The notes beneath the pieces were generated by a model, which saw only the letters and a program-made list of their open reading frames with translations, did not search any database and was not told the DNA's origin. Both the position numbers and the translations under genes were made by a program. A stretch of DNA of 64,000 nucleotides from Octopus vulgaris (lineage: Eukaryota): the NCBI GenBank assembly GCA_951406725.2, contig OX597814.1:108438001-108502000 (forward strand). Reading direction: 5' to 3'. Each line of letters starts with the position of its first letter. Position 1 is the stretch's first letter. Shown piece by piece: positions 40,561 to 52,723 of the stretch.

Positions 40561-40946
40561 CAGGAAGGTTTGATTAGGATTTGCAAAATTAGTTCGGCAT
40601 TAATGTTGGAAAGATAGTTAATTACGTAAAATTAAAAGTAAAAATAAAATAAGAATTATTTCGCACAGACACTAGGAAATCCTTGATATTGCGGAAAGCT
40701 CAGCGGGAAGAAATAAACCTCATGTCGGTCATTGAAAGAGTATTAAATCAGAATAGCTATCTATGTATTATACTTAAAGTAATATACCGTTGAAATGTAT
40801 GATGCTGTGGTTTTTGTCTGGAATAACATTTTCGTAGACATTTTGTGTTAAAATCCCTATGTGTGCCGAAGCTAGTCTCATTTGCTATGAGAGTTATTTC
40901 GCGAAGTTCCTTTAACTGCAGACTGATGTCATTATTAACCACATTC

Positions 40947-41130
40947 AAGGCAGCAAACAGGCTGAATCGTTAGCACGTTACGTTCTGAGTTCAAATTCCG
41001 CCGAGATCGATTTTGCCTTTCATACTTTTGGGGTCGATGAAGTAAGTACCAGTTGGGCACTGAGGGTCAATGTAATCGACTTAGCCCTTTCCAAAAATTT
41101 TTTGGCCTTGTGCCAAAATTTGAAATCACT
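40947..41130 (+). mobile_element. SINE family 2
   Basis: TACGTTCTGAGTTCAAATTCCGCCGAG...GGGGTCGAT...AAGTACCAG. Confidence 0.8.
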
Positions 41131-41266
41131 ATTAACCACATTTATAACTGCTAAATTCATATTTTGATTATCTCCCTTGACTACACTTTCAACCTTGTCA
41201 GTATAACAGTCACATCACAAGCAACCGAATTGTTGATGCCGTTGTCGCCGCCGCCGCCGTTGTTAC

Positions 41267-41306
<40 letters not shown>

Positions 41307-41451
41307 GCTGTAGGTGGTGGTGGTGGTGGTGGTGGTGGTGGTGGTGGTGATTGTATGTACCCCAAGTCAATCCAGATTCAGCAGTCCCATGGCATGTAGG
41401 CAGACGATCGAGTGATGAAGCATGATTCACAGCTTCATCTTCCTCGTTAAA

Positions 41452-41766
41452 CCTATTTCTTTACTACCCACAAGGGGCTAAACACAGAGGGAACAAACAA
41501 GGATAGACAGATGGATTAAGTCGATTATATTGATCCCAGTGTGTAACTGGTACTTAATTTATCGACCCCGAAAGGATGAAAGGCAAAGTCGACCTCGGCG
41601 GAATTTGAGCTCAGAATGTAAAGACAGATGAAATACCTATTTCTTTACTACCCACAAAGGGCTAAACACAGAAGGGACAAACAAGGACAGACAGACGGAT
41701 TAAGTCGATTACATCGACTCCAGTGCATAACTGGTACATATTTAATCGACCCCGAAAGGATGAAAG
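41452..41766 (-). mobile_element. Tandem dimer of SINE family 2
   Basis: ACCTATTTCTTTACTACCCACAA.GGGCTAAACACAGA at 41451 and 41635. Confidence 0.85.
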
Positions 41767-42279
41767 AAGCGCGTTGTATATAATGTGTGTGTGTGTGTGT
41801 GTCACCACCGTTTGGCAACCAGAGTTGGTTTGTTTACGTTCTCGTAACTTAACGATTCGAAATGGGAGACCGATATATATTTAGTTTGATATACAGATGG
41901 TAATTTTAGTTTAATGTTGTTTCACTTGCATATTCCGACTTTTTCTACAGTTCGGCCAGCTTGTGCAATATCAGTGAATGTTTTTACTCACTATTTCCTA
42001 TATATCCAAACTCGAATTTCATTTAAACAGGTGACAATTGACAGCACGACATTGACGAACCTCGAGAAAGATGAAATGCATGTCATTCGCTTGTGTCTCA
42101 CGGTGACAGTGTTCGTCTCGCTCCTATATTTCGTGTTTTTAACACGTCTATGAAAGGATATTATCTCTGAAAATTTCACTACTTCCTGTCTTCTAACGGT
42201 GTGTATACATACATATATACACCCACATCGCTAGCCACTATACATTCCTTATTTTCTCTCCTTGTTTCTTTCTGTATTC

Positions 42280-42316
42280 CTTTCTGTGTAAGAGCGTTAG
42301 CCTCGAAACGTTAAAG
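42280..42316 (+). ncRNA. Hammerhead-like motif, A6U family (family C), degenerate
   Basis: cttt-CTGTGTA-A-GAGC-gttag-CCTC-GAA-ACGT-T-aaag. Confidence 0.45.
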
Positions 42317-42404
42317 ACTTTTTCACTTCCCGAGCGTTATACTAATACATCTGTTTGTTGTTTACAGCACCTGTCTTCGTCTTCGGTTTTTTTGTGAATT
42401 CTCC

Positions 42405-42447
<43 letters not shown>

Positions 42448-42680
42448 TGTGTATTTTGTAAATTTAATCTTATTTGAGAAAAACAGTTGTTGGTTAATAT
42501 GTTGATTAATTAATAAATTAATTTGTATCCATTAGATCTCTCTGTCCTCTAACTCAATAAAAACGTCTGATATCTTACGATATTTTATATAAAATATCCA
42601 TTGAAGGATTTTCTCTTCATGATTTAATATATTAAAGTATATAAATATCCCAATGAGAGGTTTGAATATCCTCATTGTGA

Positions 42681-42747
<67 letters not shown>

Positions 42748-42765
42748 CATACATACATACATACA

Positions 42766-42797
<32 letters not shown>

Positions 42798-43414
42798 CAT
42801 ATAGACATATATACATACATATACATATATACACACACACACACACATATATAGTTTTGAGACTTTTGTGGGGAGAGACGGATATAACTGTCCCAGATTA
42901 ATATCATTTTAGTACATCCTTACTATACATCTAATAAGCTGACTTGCCAACTTTTTTTTTTAATTTCAGATTGAAGGTGACGGCTATAACAACCCTTTGG
43001 ACACACCCAACCAAACACTGCTTGACACAGCTGACTTGTTTTCAGATTGCAGTTGGGACGTTTGGAAACTCGCAATGTAATGAAGTTTTGTGTTAATCTG
43101 GGGAAAAAAACACTACGAAAACTCATAAAATGCTTATGGATTAAGTTTTTCACTGGCAGAAGAGTTTCAAGATCGGAAGGGAAGTGTTGGGGTGGGGGAG
43201 AGGAGTGTCAGAACATTTGAGATGGTTGAGAAAATTCACAATTCTCTGGGTGATGACTTGTGTATTTATAAAGACAGCAAGCATACAGTTTGGAATTGAT
43301 GTGGCAACTGTACACAGAATTTACGTTATTTACATTAATAATAATAATAATAATGATAATAATAATAATAATAATAATGATAATAACAATAATAATGATA
43401 ATAATAATAACTAA

Positions 43415-43790
43415 TTCGTTTATTGGTCACAAGGGCTGACAAAAATTAATTAAAACATAAAGGGACAAAACACAGGACGAAAGTTACAAAGGGTTTTGTT
43501 CGTTTTCAAAAAACCGTGTAAAAATTCCAGAGATTACAACGAAAATATAACAATTGAAATTCCCAATAGGGGGAGGCGCTTCGAAAGGTTACTTGTAGAA
43601 AAACCCATAAAAGCCACGGGTGCCTGGTCAAATGGGGGGTAGAGAGCCCCTTTCTCCTTTTATAATACATTTTTATACTACGGGTGTATCCTCAGAATTG
43701 GTCCATTTAAACTGGCCATTCTTGCGACATTTACCCACCTTTCAGTAAACTTGCTATCAGTCAGCACTTCTCTCTCTACTCTCACCTTCG
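43415..43790 (-). mobile_element. Tx1/L1-clade LINE 3' end fragment
   Basis: Homologous to 4278-4730 and 14225-14520. Confidence 0.75.
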
Positions 43791-43834
43791 AAAAATACCT
43801 AAGGAATGAGAACCCAGGTTCAAATTTTCCTCAA

Positions 43835-43880
43835 GACACCCGATGAAGGCTAGAGGGTATATCAGCCGAAACGTTGTGTT
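43835..43880 (+). ncRNA. Minimal hammerhead motif (family B), U4C mutated
   Basis: gacac-CCGATGA-A-GGCTA...CAGCC-GAA-ACGT-T-gtgtt. Confidence 0.6.
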
Positions 43881-44441
43881 AACAACAAACAAGATGAGGA
43901 CAAATATCCGTCAAATGTAAATAATGTAAATGATATAAATAATGTACATAATTCCTCATCTCTTAAATATAGAACTGTGTACACAGAATTATTCATGACG
44001 ATCTGAACAGGAGCAATATTTGTGCAAAGTTTGTTTCCAAGGTGTTCAATGACGAATATTCTGGCAAGCGACTACTTGACAGAGGTGGGTATCAAAACTG
44101 CCCACCGCCCTTCCTGCAACACAGGCCTTGTTCTCTGTGATTTTTGGTTGTTCTCCAAGCTGAAAGAGAACCTCGGGTGCAGTTGCTTTGAAGATGAAGG
44201 AGGCTATGATAAAGATCCAGGACCCCTTCGCTCTGGAGGACTTCCATGGGGCCCATCATGACGTGACTGGAGCCTTATAACAAGTGCATTGAAGTCAGCT
44301 GATCTTAATTTCAAAGAGATGAGAAAAGGTCTCGAACCTTCTGGAATGCATTTTATGTGAGTCTTTTATATGTTACGCAAATGGCGAAAGCTAAAGATTC
44401 GAATCGTTCCCCCAAAATTATTCGGGATTTTTTGCTTTAAA

Positions 44442-44681
44442 CTCTTTACTCTCTTTAATCTTTTATTTGTTTCAGTCATTTAACTGCGGCCATGCTGGAG
44501 CACCGCCTTTAGTCGAGTAAATCGACCCCAGGACTTATTCTCTCGGTCTCTTTTGCCGAACTGCTAAGTTACGGGAACATAAACACACCACCATCGGTGG
44601 TCAAGCGATGTTGGGGGGAGGGGAACACACACAGACACAGAAACATATACATATTCATACATACATACATACATACATACA

Positions 44682-44734
<53 letters not shown>

Positions 44735-44898
44735 ATATAAACGACGGGTTTCTTTCAGTTTCCGTCTACCAAATCCACTCACAAAGCTTTGGTCGGCTCG
44801 AGGCTATAGTAGAAGACAGTTGCCCAAGGTGCCACGCAGTGGGATTGAACCCAGAACCATGTGGTTCGTTAGCAAGCTACTTACCACACAGCCACTCC
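44442..44898 (-). mobile_element. SINE family 1, near full length
   Basis: Reverse complement of head and tail with internal (TA)n/(TATG)n. Confidence 0.9.
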
Positions 44899-46097
44899 TA
44901 CCCCTCGATTTCCAGAGAATAACGAGTTCCAGAAAATCGAGAAGTCCCTGATTGATTTACTGCTTTAAATCGAACACTCAAATACTGTGTCTCCTCTTCA
45001 TAACTATACAATATCCAACATTCAAATGTTATGTGTTATGCTTAATTTTCATTTAGAATATTTAATGTGATTAGTATCGCCATAAAGTTAATTATTTAAT
45101 TAATTTTTATATCCGTTTGCACATCTTTGATTGAATTTAATATTTATATTGACATGTAAATACAAACTTTGTGTATAATTTATGATGACACGCTCTTGTT
45201 GTTGTTGTTCTTGTTGCTGCTGCTGTTGTTCTTGTTATTGTTGTCATCATTGTTGCTGCTGCTGTTGCTGCGATTGTTGCTGCTGTTATTGAGGAGGAGG
45301 AGGAGGAGGATGAAGATGACGATGATGATGACGACGGTGATGATGCTGTTGTTTTTGTTGCTGTTGTGTTTGATGATGTTGTTATTGATATTGTTGCTGT
45401 TATTGTTGTTGTTGTTGTTGTTGTTGTGGTGGTGGTGGTGGTATTTCAGGCTCGGGTCATTCCTTTTTATCAAAGGCATTCCAGCCGCGGCCATCCCTTC
45501 TCTCCTTGGTCAAGACATAGCATATCTAAGACTACAGCATCTAAAAGAATCCTTCCTGCTTTATAGACAATGCAGTGTTATCTAAGAGGGATTTAACTTA
45601 CTATTTCCAGCAAGTCGATTGACAACACTAAACATCGAAACGCAAGACGATCTATAATAGCACAGAACTGAAATAGCCAAGGGGTCAAGATACGGTGTTA
45701 AAGAAATTAAAAAGGGGTAAAAACACGTAATCCTGGTCGCCACCGACAGCAATTGGTCCCTAAAAGAATTAGATACGTCCTGTTACTGTGGACGGTATTA
45801 AATGAAACGGTTTGGTTTTTTCTTTTATCACGTAATGAGAACGAGAGACAAAATGGCGTTGTTGTTTTGGCTGTAAAGCTGGGTCCGTGCATTAGATTGG
45901 GCAAACTAAAAATGATCGCCAAGGGCAGTCAAATTAGGGAGCGCCACATAAATTCTGATCAACATAGGCATGATTCCTTAATCCAAGTAAAAACACGGAA
46001 ACATAATAATAAAGAGATTGGATCAAGTCACTCCAAGGGCAGAAGTGAGTGGAGGACAGGCGTGGGATGGAACTGGTGAGACAAGAGGAGCACCGTC

Positions 46098-46291
46098 TTT
46101 TTTATTTGTTTCATTCATTAGACTGCGGCCATGCTGGGGCACCGCCTTGGAGAATTTTTAGTCGACCCCAATCCTGATATTTTGTTAAGTCTTGTACTTA
46201 TTCTCTCGGTCTCTTTAAATCGAACCGCTAAGTTATGCTCACGTAAACACACCAACACCGGTTGTCTAGCAGTAACAATCACGGAAAGAAA

Positions 46292-46324
<33 letters not shown>

Positions 46325-46465
46325 GCACACACATTTATATTTATACAGGCTTCCTTCAGTTTCCGTCTGCCAAATCCACTTACAAGGCTTTGGCTAGCCC
46401 GCGGCTATAGTACAAGACACTTGCCTAAAGTGCTACACAGTGGAACTGAACCCGGAACCATGTAG
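46098..46465 (-). mobile_element. SINE family 1, 5'-truncated
   Basis: TTCAGTTTCCGTCT.CCAAATCCACT...CAGTGGAACTGAACCCGGAACCATG. Confidence 0.8.
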
Positions 46466-46466
46466 T

Positions 46467-46491
<25 letters not shown>

Positions 46492-46497
<6 letters not shown>

Positions 46498-46782
46498 ATC
46501 ACGTGACCGACCAGACCATCAGATGTAGTTACACATCGCTGGTCACAATGCGCTCGCATTGTTTTAGCCTTCGAATGACGCCACCCCGCTGGCTAAGCGA
46601 GCAGACCGACAGAAGAAAGAGTGGTGAAAGGGTACAGCAGGGATCACCACCCCCTGCCGGAGCCTCGTGGAGCTTTTAGGTGTTTTCGCTCAATAAACAC
46701 TCACAACGCCCGGTCTGGGAATCGAAACCGCGATCCTGCGACCGCGAGTCCGCCGCCCTAACCACTAGGCCATTGCGCCTCC
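46492..46782 (-). mobile_element. SINE family 3, young-looking copy
   Basis: Reverse complement GGAGGCGCAATGGCCTAGTGGTTAGGGCGGCGGACTCGCGGTCGCAGGATCGCGGTTTCGATTCCC (tRNA-like, CpG retained). Confidence 0.9.
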
Positions 46783-46987
46783 ATATATATATGTTACAAA
46801 TAAGAAAATGGAGAAACAATTTAGTTGGTTCATCAGCTTTCAGATATTAGAATGTTGACTTATTTATTCATTTAACAAAAACGAGAACCTTAATAACATA
46901 CATATATACATTATAATTCAATACATATAAGATAAGGATACAATTATAAAAATCTCAATATAAATTATTGAAATCATTAAAATCATT

Positions 46988-47110
46988 CCTTACAGCTGTT
47001 TCAGCCTATGGAAAAAATTATTTTTTCAGTGCCTACAGTTGTCAATTATATTGAGGTTGTAGGCATTTAAAAATAAGGTACTTATATATAACCATAGGCC
47101 TCGTCAGAGA
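46988..47110 (-). ncRNA. Hammerhead motif with long stem II insert (family D), canonical core intact
   Basis: tct-CTGACGA-GGCCTATGG...CCATAGGCT-GAA-ACAGCTGT-A-agg; 9-bp stem II, palindromic stem III. Confidence 0.78.
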
Positions 47111-47198
47111 TTATAAAGAACTTAAAAAATATAAATACATGAAACAGGATACACGTACAATTTAATATTTATAAATATAAACAAATATCCATATACAC

Positions 47199-47244
<46 letters not shown>

Positions 47245-48151
47245 GTCAGTTGGTTAAATATGCAATCAGCTTACTAATCAATCGCTAGCTTAATATATAC
47301 ACCTTTACATGTGTATAAATACATAAATAAGCACAATTAAACCATAGGTCCAAGCAAATAGACCATTCGTCATATACATATATATACATATATACCGGAA
47401 CATATACATACGTCCATGCTCATGGCTACATAAACAATATTTAATTGTTACTAATATTATTATATATATAAGGATGAAATCTGTATAAGATTTTATCGAG
47501 TAGCCAGCGTATAAAACCAATTAAGGAAAAAATTAATACAAGGTGTCTAATTTTTTTCCTTTATATAAAAATACATTATAATATCGAGGCCTTTTTACTA
47601 TCCATAAAAGCCACACGCTTTAATGGGACTCTAAGGTCAAACTACTTCAATAAGTATACACACGCGCCGACTTCGCGGGAATGAAGCTAGGAGAAATTCC
47701 TTTAATAAAAAAAAGTTTATACATGAAGACGTGTTCTAGTCTGTCTCCTGTCCAAGCTTTATTTATGCATTCGCCACCACAACCTCGTTTAGGTTTAGCA
47801 GCCCTTCCTGTTTGTTTTCACTGTCCTGTTTGTGTTACCAGATTTGACCCTCCGCAAAAATCCCAAATTTTATTTAATTTGCTTTGCGGGAGCAACTGTT
47901 TTATCGAAAGCTTATATTGTTTTTATATGCTTGAAATACGAAACTAGAAAAACAGCCAAGAACTGATGAAGGATCCTTCTTATGTTGTTTGTTATGTTTT
48001 CCATTTGTGTCTTTTGTTGTTCGAAAGAATAGTTCATGTTCCATGTACTCGTGCTTCGTACTTTTTTGTTGCACACGTTTCGTGACGTCCTGTGCCTACA
48101 TATGCATATATGTATAGATGTAAGCTTGTACATATACGTATGTATATATGC

Positions 48152-48223
<72 letters not shown>

Positions 48224-48309
48224 AAAATTCACAAAAAACAAAAGACGAAGACAGGTGGTGTAGACAACAAACAGATGCATTAGCATAACGCTCGGGAAGT
48301 GAAAATTCT

Positions 48310-48345
48310 TTTTAACGTTTCGAGTCTACGCTCCTCCACAGAAAG
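48310..48345 (-). ncRNA. Hammerhead-like motif, A6U family (family C)
   Basis: cttt-CTGTGGA-G-GAGC-gtag-ACTC-GAA-ACGT-T-aaaa. Confidence 0.55.
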
Positions 48346-49360
48346 AAACAAGAAGAGAAAATAAAGAATGTGTAGTGGCTAGCGATTTATCATGGCGAAT
48401 GCCAGACGGACGGTCACACCAGAGAGCTATGGAGAAGGGGAGATAATAAAGTAGTGGTGATATATATATATCTTGTGTCTTGAAGGAACAGTGTGCTAAT
48501 AAGAATAATAGACACACGCACTTCTTAATTTTTAGTCAGTTGATTAAATATGCAATCAGCTTACTAATCAATCGCTAGCTTAATGTGTTGGTAAAACAAT
48601 CAATCGGTAGTTTGTCGAATCCTTTCGTCGCGGTTCGCAACTCCATCAAAGACATGCCTCCTCTCTTCAAGATGGTCTATTTTTAGTCTCCGTCCACGAA
48701 ATCCAGTCACAAGGCCCTGGCCGGCCTGGGGCTACAATAGAAAGCACTTGCCCAAGTGACCACGCAGTGGAACAACCTGAAACCCTGACTGCGCCTGAGG
48801 GAGATTAGTCAAGAGACATTCGTGCATCGCCTGAAGACATATTAGAATGGCATCGGATATCGCGGTGAAATTTTATTAGTACACGGAGTCAATGAGGTAG
48901 ACATTTTGTTTCGGAAACGGTGATATGTGATGTATATAAAAAAGAAAACCCGGCTCATTAAGTCCTATAGAAATCCATTTACATCGAGAAACCTTAAATT
49001 TAAAGTTATTGAGAGGTTTTGGTTCTTGTTTGTACTTTTTCTTTTTCTAATTTATTTTATGGAATTTATTATAAGGTTGCTTGTTCAGTCGCTAAGGATT
49101 CACTGCTGATAAATCCTAGACAGTCATGGTATGAATATAAAGTTATATTGTTTGACTCTGAGAGCTTTTACGTCTTAGAATGTAATGAATGGTTTTTGCA
49201 AAATTAGGAAAACATACAAGTGAATTGCTCAATAAAACAACAACAAAAACTGAATTATAAGATGAGGTGGGAGTGTTTTTAAACGTTCAGAGATTATATT
49301 TTTAGATTTTAGAAGAGGTTAAATGATATACGAGAATAATAAATTGGATAGTGTTTAAGA

Positions 49361-49612
49361 TAGTGGTTCGCAATCAGGGTCCATGTGACACATGGGGGGG
49401 GGATCCATATAATGTTTTGTTGTTAAAGTTTATGTGTAATAAATGACTTATACCTCTACATGCGCAAAATATTTTAACTATTTTTGTAATACAATTCCTA
49501 ATAATATTTAACTATAAAAATTATAATTGGATTACATGGAATGGTTATAAGGGTCCACCGAAATAAAAAGGGAATCAAAGGAGTCCATAGATAAAAATGG
49601 TGGAGACCACTG
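49361..49612. mobile_element. hAT (Charlie-like) MITE
   Basis: Ends TAGTGGTT...GACCACTG; imperfect 8-bp TSD GTTTAAGA/GTTTAGGA; related fragment at ~14850-14955. Confidence 0.6.
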
Positions 49613-49616
49613 GTTT

Positions 49617-49775
49617 AGGAGTGACTGTGTGATAGGAAGTTTGCTTCCCAACCACATGTTCCCGGGTTCAGTCCCCACTGCGTGGCACTTTGGGCAAGTG
49701 TCTTCTACCATAGCCTCGGTTTGACCAAAGCCTTGTGAGTGGATTCGATAGACAGAAACTGAAAGAAGCTCGTGG
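49617..49775 (+). mobile_element. SINE family 1, 5' half
   Basis: AGGAGTGACTGTGTG...GAAACTGAAAGAAG. Confidence 0.85.
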
Positions 49776-49845
<70 letters not shown>

Positions 49846-50079
49846 CAACATAAAAACATGATGCCAAGGATTCAGCGGTACATATGTTTCGGGCCTTTAT
49901 TAGACAGATTTATAACAATGCATAATGTATGTCTGTGGCCTTCTTCAGCCGCGCACAACAACTTCCACAAGGACATGTGTTACATCAAAAATTCTTGGTT
50001 GGGGATGCAAATCCTCTCATTCGCGTACGACATAATGCGGCAGCAGCATAGAATTGAAGCGTCCATCTCGTTCTTCTCT

Positions 50080-50109
<30 letters not shown>

Positions 50110-50111
<2 letters not shown>

Positions 50112-50537
50112 CCCTTCTTGTCTTGTTATTCTCCTGGTCCTGTCTTTTACTGCTTATATTTTGTACTGTCGTTACTGTCCTGTTTTTGTTACCATTTTCA
50201 CCCCTCCGCAAAAAGATCTCAAAAATTATTTATTTTGCTTTTCGCGGGAAGGAAAGTTTCTATCGAAGATGCGTATCGCCTTCACCTTCGAAACGCAGAG
50301 TAGATGAAACCATGGCGACTGAAGAAGGGGAATTTTCCTTGTGTTATTTGTCCTGTACTCTATTTTTTCGTTGTTTAAGAAAAATGTCCAGTTCCTTGGT
50401 TTTGTGTTTATGTTTTCGTATCTCATTGTGTTCGACGTTTTTTGGTGTCCTGTACCCATATTTGTATGTATATATACATGTAGAGGTAGGTACGTACATA
50501 TATGTATGTATATATGCATATGTTTTATTTATTAATT

Positions 50538-50540
<3 letters not shown>
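50110..50540 (+). mobile_element. Copy of the 9488-10575 element
   Basis: Reverse complement of 9535-9966. Confidence 0.85.
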
Positions 50541-50624
<84 letters not shown>

Positions 50625-50625
<1 letters not shown>

Positions 50626-51523
50626 TAATCCGTTCTGTCTGTCTGTCTGTATGTCTTCTAGGATCTCGGGCATCCTCCAGCCGATTGCGCTCAAATTTGA
50701 TACGTAGATACCGACGGTATCAGGGCGTGTATAAGCCTTGAAAGAATTACGAAAATCGATTCCAGGTGAGAATGCGATCGATAAAGCTGTGGGAACGTGC
50801 ATTTGTACGCACAAGTACATCAGCTGTTGCGATCGATACTACGTGTACGCGAGAAAAATGCACGTGCAATTTGCGCAAAAAAGCCGGCTGGCTTGAAATA
50901 ATGCCACAAAATGGGACGGTCGGACAAGTTGTTTTGAGAAAATTTGGTTTAAATGTTTGACAACTCAGCACCGTCCATTGGACGATGGGGGCGTTTTGCT
51001 TGTGTATATATCTATATATATAAAACTGTAGTTGTGTGAGTGTCTGTCCCCTTCGATTTAGATTCCTAACTACTCCCACATTTTGCGGTGCAGTTTAACC
51101 AAATTCGAGTATCTTATAGTCGTGATTCATATCGAGCCCGTCTGAGTATTAGCGCGCGTGTACGATGAGTCTACGATTTTAAAAATAATTTAACATTATT
51201 TTTTATTCCATTTTAATGCATAATTTTTCGTGTGTCGATGGCGGCGGAGTTGGCGTCCATGGTCACACCTGCACCTGTTTGCTTCTCCCCCTTCTTCCCT
51301 CCCTCGTGAAGCTGTGGGGAAGGGAGTGTAAGGAAATCAACGTCGTAAAGCGTTGTCAAGGAGACCAGCGTTCTTTTAGAACAACGACTTCATGGCTTGA
51401 AGACACCAAAACAGAAATGGCTAAGAAAGCCCGAATTGGCATCTATAAGGGAAGTAACTCTCTAAAAATGCTTATATAGTTATTTCCCTTACAAACCCGA
51501 GCAACGCCGGGCGATACTGCTAG

Positions 51524-51524
<1 letters not shown>
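50625..51524 (+). mobile_element. Non-autonomous Helitron(s); clearest unit 51010-51523
   Basis: TCTATATATATAAAACTG start; CCCGAGCAACGCCGGGCGATACTG-CTAG-T end. Confidence 0.75.
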
Positions 51525-51587
<63 letters not shown>

Positions 51588-51614
51588 TGTATGTATGTAT
51601 GTATGTATTAATGT

Positions 51615-51845
51615 GTTTGTTGTTTGTGTCTCTGTTTGTTCCCGCACTATCGCTTGACAACCGATGTTGGTGTGTTTACGTCCTCGTCATCTAGCGGTTC
51701 GGCAAAAAGAGAATATAATAAAATAAATACTAGGCTTACAAAAGAATAAGTCTTGGGGTCGATTTGTTCGACTAAAGGTGGTGCTCCAGCATGGCCGCAG
51801 TTAAACGACTGAAACAAATGAAAGAGTAAAAGAGTAAAAAAGAGT
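51615..51845 (+). mobile_element. SINE family 1, 3' half
   Basis: ATCGCTTGACAACCGATG...GACTGAAACAA..AAAGAGTAAAAGAG. Confidence 0.85.
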
Positions 51846-52138
51846 ACACACACACACACACACGCACGCGCACGAAACACACGGTACAGAGGGAAATTGG
51901 AATAAAGGGGAAAGTTTCCTGTGTATTCCATTTTCCGTCTCTATCGTTTGTTTTATACTCAACGTACACTGATAAATTCTTGAGGTAGATCCAGAGACAA
52001 CTGTATAATTACATAATTACAGTGGATGACACCAGTTAGCCATAAACAGTGAACGTGCTTTATCGGCGTACTACTTTAATATCTATATACCCAACACTTG
52101 AATATATATATTCGTACCGAGGGTATGCCCTTGTTTTG

Positions 52139-52538
52139 GAACTTTTCACTTTGACCGGCAGATTTAAAAATAATTTCTTTGTAACTAAACAGTTTTAAAC
52201 TTCGTATACTGGTAGAATGTGTCACATAAAACACTTTTTCTCTTGGCGGTCTTGAGAAAATTCTGTAAACAGTGACAAACGAAATATACACCGCCGGAAC
52301 TTCTTGTTGACAAACAGCTGCAGTAATTGTATTCACCTCAAGAGACGCCATTGATTGGTTGAAATTGCCGAAATACAAGAAATTTAACAACAAATACCTT
52401 ACAAACTACAGAATTTTCTCAATAAAGCCAAGAGAAAAAGATGTTTTATGTGACACATTCTACCAGCATACGAAGTTTAAAAGTGTTTAGTTACAAAGAA
52501 ATTATTTTAAAAATCTGCTGGTCAAAGTGAAAAATCCT
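52139..52538. mobile_element. MITE with ~105-bp TIRs
   Basis: TTTTCACTTTGACC.GCAGATTT...TCTCTTGGC pairs with GCCAAGAGA...AAATCTGCTGGTCAAAGTGAAAA. Confidence 0.8.
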
Positions 52539-52675
52539 TTCTTTTATTTAAAAACAACGGCCATTCAACACGCATAGAGTTGGGTTTATTTTTAACTGCT
52601 CTTCTCCCCCTTCTCTATATCGTCATACACACACGCACACACGCACGCGCACACACACACACACACGCGCGCGCG

Positions 52676-52723
<48 letters not shown>

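Larger units (their letters stand above)
42925..44355 (+). mobile_element. Decayed mariner element interrupted by a nested insertion (about 43322-43990)
   Basis: MKFCVNLGK.. HTH start at ~43080; HRPSCNTGLVLCDFWLFSKLKENL at ~44105 resembles HPPYSPDLAPCDFWLF. Confidence 0.7.

Noticed and set aside
46710-46782. tRNA gene
   Set aside because: The tRNA-like sequence continues into a multi-copy SINE body without a closing acceptor stem or T-run terminator
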